Part shown: positions 59,317 to 64,000 of the stretch, piece by piece
Layout: every line of letters begins with the position of its first letter
Numbering within the stretch: position 1 is the stretch's first letter
Assembly (NCBI GenBank): GCA_965368975.1
Contig: CBDUPA010000021.1
Location: 50,352-114,351, forward strand
Length of the DNA: 64,000 bases
DNA from: an uncultured bacterium
GTDB taxonomy: Bacteria; Acidobacteriota; Thermoanaerobaculia; Multivoradales; JAHZIX01
Reading direction: 5' to 3'
Notes under the pieces: model-generated
Told to the model about the DNA's origin: nothing
What the model saw: only the letters and a program-made list of their open reading frames with translations
The model's database searches: none
Translations under genes and position numbers: made by a program

Positions 59317-62300
59317 TTACGACGGGTTGGTGCAGTTCGTGTTGTTGTTGTTGGTTACAGCACCGCCCGGGAACGAGAAGTCCCCGGTGTTGTTGTGCGG
59401 CGCACCCTGCAGCTGGGCACCGCTGACCGCGCCCAGGCCAGCGCCCTCTACGGTGAACGTACCGCCGTTCTCGTCCAGTTCCCACTCGGTAGCGGTGTTG
59501 GTGGCAGTGTTCTCGCGTAGGTCAGCGCAGAAGGTGTTGGCGTCGGCCTGTAGATCGAGCTGAACGAACGAGGTGCCTGTGCTCGAGAAGGTGTTGTGCG
59601 TGATGGTCGCGTTGACGTTGGTGCCTGGATCGTCCGACTCGATTTCCATGATCGCGTCCGTAGTGTTGTTGTCACTCCGGAACGTGTTGCCATCGGCCAT
59701 GCTGCCACCGATCAGCAGGTTCATCGTGCCCGCCCGATTCTCGATGAACACACCGTCGCGAGTGCCACCCACGTTGTTGGCGGTAGTACCACCGATGGCG
59801 CCCGTGCCAAAGAGGTTGCGACGGATCGTGATGTCCAGCGTGGTGATCGGGGAGCGGTTCGAGATGTAGAGGGCTTCGCGGTCGCCCATGTCGTCGACCC
59901 TGTTGTCGTCGATGAACACGTCCATGCTGGCGATGGTGCCACCGCTGTGCTCGTTGATGATGTGGATACCGCGACGGTTGCCAGAGCTGGCTCCATCCGT
60001 CATCGACACATCATTGCCTGAGATATTGAGCGTCATCGTTGTTCCCGGCGTGATGGCACCGCCACCGTAGCCAGCGTTGAGGATGCCGGAGTTGAAGTTA
60101 CCGGCCTTGGCCAAGTCGTCGTAGGTGTTGTTGCGGATGTTGAAGTTACAAGTCAGCTGACCACCACAGCTGTGGTTGGTCTCACCGACACCATCGGCAT
60201 CCGAGTCCTGGACCGTGTTGCGATCGAAGTTGTGGTTCAGCGTACCCGAGGTTTGGGTACCGCTACCCTCGTAACCGTCGATCTGGAAAGCGCTGGGGTC
60301 GAGAGCGTCGAAGCGACTGTCCTCTACGTTGACCGTGGTCGTACCGATGTTGCCGCGGAACTGCGCCAATACCATCACAGCACCGGTATCCGACTCGGTG
60401 AAGCGACTGTTGTCGATGGTAAAGCTCGCCCCACTGGTGGCGAAGTTGTGCAGCCGCACGCCATGCGTACTCGCCACATCGACGTTGTTGAGCGTCACAT
60501 TGTCCAAGCGACTGGTACCCGACAGCTCGGTCAGGTCCATGCCATGTGAGCCCGGCGTCAGGACGATCATGTTCTGCAAGCGCAGGTCCATCGAGGTGTC
60601 GACATCAATGGCTATGCCGGTCGTGTTCTGAATCGTTCCTCCGGTGCCATTGCCACCCTGTGTCGCGGTCGAGCCGTCGCCAGTGACGATCAAGCCACCC
60701 GCAGTACCGGTGGTGTTCAGCACGATGCCGTTGGCCGCCCCGGAGGCGGCGATCGACTGGAACGTGGCGTCGTTGGCGCCGATGGTGGTGCTGGTGAAGT
60801 TGAGACCCACGGCGTTGGTTGCCGCGACGGTGTTGCCCGTGCCTGTCACCTCGACGGTGCGCGCCGAGTTGGCGTTGATGCAAGTGCCCGCGGAGCAGGT
60901 CAAGCCCAGTCCCGCCAGGCGCGTGATACTGGTCGCGGCCAGGCTCGTCAGGTCGACGCAATTGCTGTTGTTGCTACAGGTGACGCCGTCGAAGATGGTG
61001 TTCGAGACGATGCCGTCCAGATCCAACCCGGCAGCACCTGCTCCGGTGGTGTTGATGTTCACCGTTCCCGCTTGCGTCGCCGTGTCCAGAACACCACTGC
61101 CCGTGGCCACAATGCCGGGCACATTGCTGGTGAAGATGTCCAGGCTGTTGAAGCTGAGCAGCGAGTTGGCCACGTTGCCCGACATGTTGACGCCGCCGCC
61201 CGTGATGCGACTGGCGGCGCTGGTTCCCAGGTCCACGGGCGCAGTGAAACTCAGCGTGCTCGGAGCCGCCGAGCCGGAGAAGTTGATACCCGTGTTTCCG
61301 CCGGTGCCCTGCAGCGTCGCCGTACCCGTGAAGCTGATGGTACCGCCACCGCGCCCGGTAACGTTGACCAGGCGGTTGGCGGTCGAGCTGTTGAGGCCGT
61401 TGCCAGTCAAGGCCGCGGACACATTGGCGGTTCCCAGGTTGACATCGAAGGCGTTGACCGTTCCGGCGGTCTGGTTCAGGTCCAGGTCGCTGAAGGTGAT
61501 CGCGGCCGTGTTGTTGTCGATGTCGACCGTGGCGCTGCTGCTCAGGTCGGCGTTCGCGAAGCTCACCGTACTGGCGGCGCCGTTGATCCGGACACCGCTA
61601 CCGCTGGCCGTCACCTGACCATCGAAGCGGACGGAACTGCCAGCGAGTAGGTTGGCGATGTCGACCGCGAAGCCGCTGGCATCGTTGATCGTGCCGTTGT
61701 GATCGACCGTGGCAGCACTGCCATCGATACGGAAACCAGGCCCGGCGCCGGCATGGGTGATCGCGGTGCCGGCAGCGAAGTCGAAGGTACCACTGGAACC
61801 GTTTTCGATGTCGACTCCAGCATCGCCGCCGTTGAGGGTCGTGGTGCCGTTGAAGTCGTAGTCACCGTCGGCGTTATTGAATTGCAGACCAGTACCGGCA
61901 GTCGCATTGATGGTGCCGGTCTGGAAAACCACCGTGCCGGTATTGTGGCCGCCGGTTACGGACACCGCCGGTGCGTTGGTCGACTGTGTAAGGCTACCGC
62001 CGAAGGTCGACGAGACGGTACCGCCAATGATCGAGAAGCCCGGGCCGATGCTGGTGATGATGGCGCCCATGTTGGCAGTGAAGCTACCGCTGATCGAGTC
62101 GAGCAGAACACCGGACGTGGGACTGCCGCTCGACGAGATGTTGCCGAGTTGCACGTTGGCGGTCAGCGGATCGAGCGCCACCGCCGGACCATTGATGGCG
62201 TCCGCTGTGCCGCCCGTGGTGGCAAGCAGGAAACCGGCTGTAGGCGGCGGTCCGCCGGTCGATAGGCCGGTGCCGGAGGCGACCAACGCGGCGCCGTTGA

Positions 62301-64000
62301 AGGCAAAGATGTTGACGGTGCCAAAGCCCAGGTTACCGCTGACCGGGTTGGCCGCGGTTCCCAGCGTCACACCGCGCGCAACGCGGTCGCTCACGATGCC
62401 GACGCTCAGCGTGCCGCCGGTGACCAGGTCGAAGTCCGCATCCGAGGGATCACCGTCGAAGATCACGCCCAGCATGCGCACGCCCTCCCCCGCCGAGGTA
62501 CCAAGCACGACGTTGTTGGCAAAGCCGGTCACGAAGACCGAACCAGCGCCGCCAGTGTCCTCGACGTGGACCGCTGAGCCGGCGCCGTTGGCCGAGGTGA
62601 TGCCGGTGTTGTTGTTGAAGGCCACCCGCAGGTCACCGGCTCCGCTAGCACGGGCATCGAAGCCGTTGCCGGTGGTCGCCAGGCTGTTCACCGTGCCAAC
62701 GGTCACTGTTGCCAGGCCGGAGCCGGCATGGTTGACGTCGACCCCTTCGCTGCTGGCGCCAGTGACGCGAGAGTTCTCGAAGGTGACACCGACGTTGTTG
62801 GCACCAGCAGTGGTGACGTCGAGGGCATTGCCGCCGGTGGCATCCAGCTCGACGCCCCGAATTTCGATGCCGGTGACGTTGGCGGCTGTCGCATCGACCG
62901 TGATGGCATTGCCCGCGGTGTGCCCGATGCGCGCGTGACGGGTAGCGGTAGGCGCCAGCAGCACCGCCGGTGCCGCGTTGCCGTTGAGCGCCAGGTTCAC
63001 GTCACAGCCGTGGTGCTCACCATGCAAGCGCACATTGCTCGCCGCCAGCGTGATGCCAGCGTTCATGCCCGCATTGGTGCCAGTGCCCTCGAAGACACAG
63101 ATCAGGTCCCCCGCGCCGTGCGCGGCTTGGGCCGCGGCCAGGGTGTCGAAGGGATCGTCGGAACGGCCGAAGGCAGCACCGTCAACCGGGTTGAGCGCCT
63201 CGCCGGCTGGATCGTTGTGCACGTACCAGGCGCGCGCGTTGCGGATGTTGATCGTCGCGGTTGCCGTGTCCATGCCACCAGCACCGCTGGTGATCGTGTA
63301 CATGAAGCTGTCGGCCATGTTGAGCACGCCGCGCGGCGGCAGGTAGACGAAGCTGCCGTTGGCGTTGACGGTCACGAGACCACCGAGCGTGGTCGGCCCC
63401 GTGAACGGCGCCGTGATGTCGGCGCCGACAGCCGACACCTGGATGCCCGACATCTCGGGATCCGTGTCGTTGGCCAGCAGGCTGGTGGTGTTGGTGAGGC
63501 GCGCGAGGCTGGTCGGCGTAGCTCCGGCCACGACCAGTTCGGTGTTGCCGATGGTCTCGTAAGTAGTGTCGTCGACCGCGTCCGGCGGATCGGTGACGCA
63601 GGTCACCGTCACGCTCACCGTCGCAGTGTCCCCACCCGTGATCGTGTAGGTGAAGGTATCCGCGCTACCCGGAGGAATCGGCGTGTTGCAGTAGTCCGCA
63701 TCCGGCGCGTACGTCAGGTCAGCGCCGCCATTCGTGATCACCACCGTGCCGTTGGCGGGCTGCGTCACACTCGTGACCAGGAACGCGTCACCTTCCAGAT
63801 CGCTGTCATTGTTCAGCACGTCGATCGTCGTCGCCGGATCATCCTCGGTCACCGTCGCCGTGTCGTCGATGGCATCAGCCGGATCGTCGGCGCAGGTCAC
63901 CGTCACGCTCACCGTCGCAGTGTCCCCACCCGTGATCGTGTAGGTGAAGGTATCCGCGCTACCCGGAGGAATCGGCGTGTTGCAGTAGTCCGCATCCGGC
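59317..64000 (-). CDS. Very large surface/secreted protein with Ig/cadherin-like repeats and a beta-helix-like region (5' end outside the window)
   Basis: Frame open to the window edge (>1550 aa). DVLNND.D..GD...TYAP..DY...DTFTYT repeats, then long G/T/N/S-rich beta-solenoid-like sequence. No autotransporter barrel at the C-terminus. Confidence 0.85.
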   Translation of the reverse strand, partial: PDADYCNTPIPPGSADTFTYTITGGDTATVSVTVTCADDPADAIDDTATVTEDDPATTIDVLNNDSDLEGDAFLVTSVTQPANGTVVITNGGADLTYAPDADYCNTPIPPGSADTFTYTITGGDTATVSVTVTCVTDPPDAVDDTTYETIGNTELVVAGATPTSLARLTNTTSLLANDTDPEMSGIQVSAVGADITAPFTGPTTLGGLVTVNANGSFVYLPPRGVLNMADSFMYTITSGAGGMDTATATINIRNARAWYVHNDPAGEALNPVDGAAFGRSDDPFDTLAAAQAAHGAGDLICVFEGTGTNAGMNAGITLAASNVRLHGEHHGCDVNLALNGNAAPAVLLAPTATRHARIGHTAGNAITVDATAANVTGIEIRGVELDATGGNALDVTTAGANNVGVTFENSRVTGASSEGVDVNHAGSGLATVTVGTVNSLATTGNGFDARASGAGDLRVAFNNNTGITSANGAGSAVHVEDTGGAGSVFVTGFANNVVLGTSAGEGVRMLGVIFDGDPSDADFDLVTGGTLSVGIVSDRVARGVTLGTAANPVSGNLGFGTVNIFAFNGAALVASGTGLSTGGPPPTAGFLLATTGGTADAINGPAVALDPLTANVQLGNISSSGSPTSGVLLDSISGSFTANMGAIITSIGPGFSIIGGTVSSTFGGSLTQSTNAPAVSVTGGHNTGTVVFQTGTINATAGTGLQFNNADGDYDFNGTTTLNGGDAGVDIENGSSGTFDFAAGTAITHAGAGPGFRIDGSAATVDHNGTINDASGFAVDIANLLAGSSVRFDGQVTASGSGVRINGAASTVSFANADLSSSATVDIDNNTAAITFSDLDLNQTAGTVNAFDVNLGTANVSAALTGNGLNSSTANRLVNVTGRGGGTISFTGTATLQGTGGNTGINFSGSAAPSTLSFTAPVDLGTSAASRITGGGVNMSGNVANSLLSFNSLDIFTSNVPGIVATGSGVLDTATQAGTVNINTTGAGAAGLDLDGIVSNTIFDGVTCSNNSNCVDLTSLAATSITRLAGLGLTCSAGTCINANSARTVEVTGTGNTVAATNAVGLNFTSTTIGANDATFQSIAASGAANGIVLNTTGTAGGLIVTGDGSTATQGGNGTGGTIQNTTGIAIDVDTSMDLRLQNMIVLTPGSHGMDLTELSGTSRLDNVTLNNVDVASTHGVRLHNFATSGASFTIDNSRFTESDTGAVMVLAQFRGNIGTTTVNVEDSRFDALDPSAFQIDGYEGSGTQTSGTLNHNFDRNTVQDSDADGVGETNHSCGGQLTCNFNIRNNTYDDLAKAGNFNSGILNAGYGGGAITPGTTMTLNISGNDVSMTDGASSGNRRGIHIINEHSGGTIASMDVFIDDNRVDDMGDREALYISNRSPITTLDITIRRNLFGTGAIGGTTANNVGGTRDGVFIENRAGTMNLLIGGSMADGNTFRSDNNTTDAIMEIESDDPGTNVNATITHNTFSSTGTSFVQLDLQADANTFCADLRENTATNTATEWELDENGGTFTVEGAGLGAVSGAQLQGAPHNNTGDFSFPGGAVTNNNNTNCTNPS
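63597..64000. repeat. Identical 110-bp segments with a 294-bp (98 aa) period
   Basis: 63597-63706 equals 63891-64000. Confidence 0.9.

Overview
High-GC bacterial chromosomal window. The gene set and the TPR family suggest Acidobacteriota, possibly Thermoanaerobaculia (inference only). No rRNA, tRNA or CRISPR array was recognised. Housekeeping genes: nadE, a frameshifted kynU, lpdA-E2-lipB, a LpxL-type acyltransferase, a SMUG1-type glycosylase, and GldAFG-like and MacAB-like ABC systems. The window also has two TA pairs, a carbamoyltransferase-SxtJ-DUF5989 cluster with a very divergent Leu/Phe/Val/Trp-dehydrogenase-like gene, and several decayed genes. Most notable: (1) a decaheme cytochrome plus a CXXCH porin whose two ORFs are joined in frame across a single TGA followed by a SECIS-like hairpin (probable selenoprotein); (2) three tandem cassettes of promoter-like motif, ~60-nt structured RNA and terminator between the E2 gene and lipB; (3) an island with two orphan double-glycine, Cys/Thr-rich precursor peptides sharing an identical 23-aa C-terminus, divergent from a Zn-finger (anti-sigma-like) TPR gene that has a paralogue at 34.3 kb; (4) a non-prophage operon of a giant Ig-repeat protein, three tail-collar paralogues, a GNAT and two DUF6916-like genes. 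All family calls come from motif recognition by eye, not from database searches.
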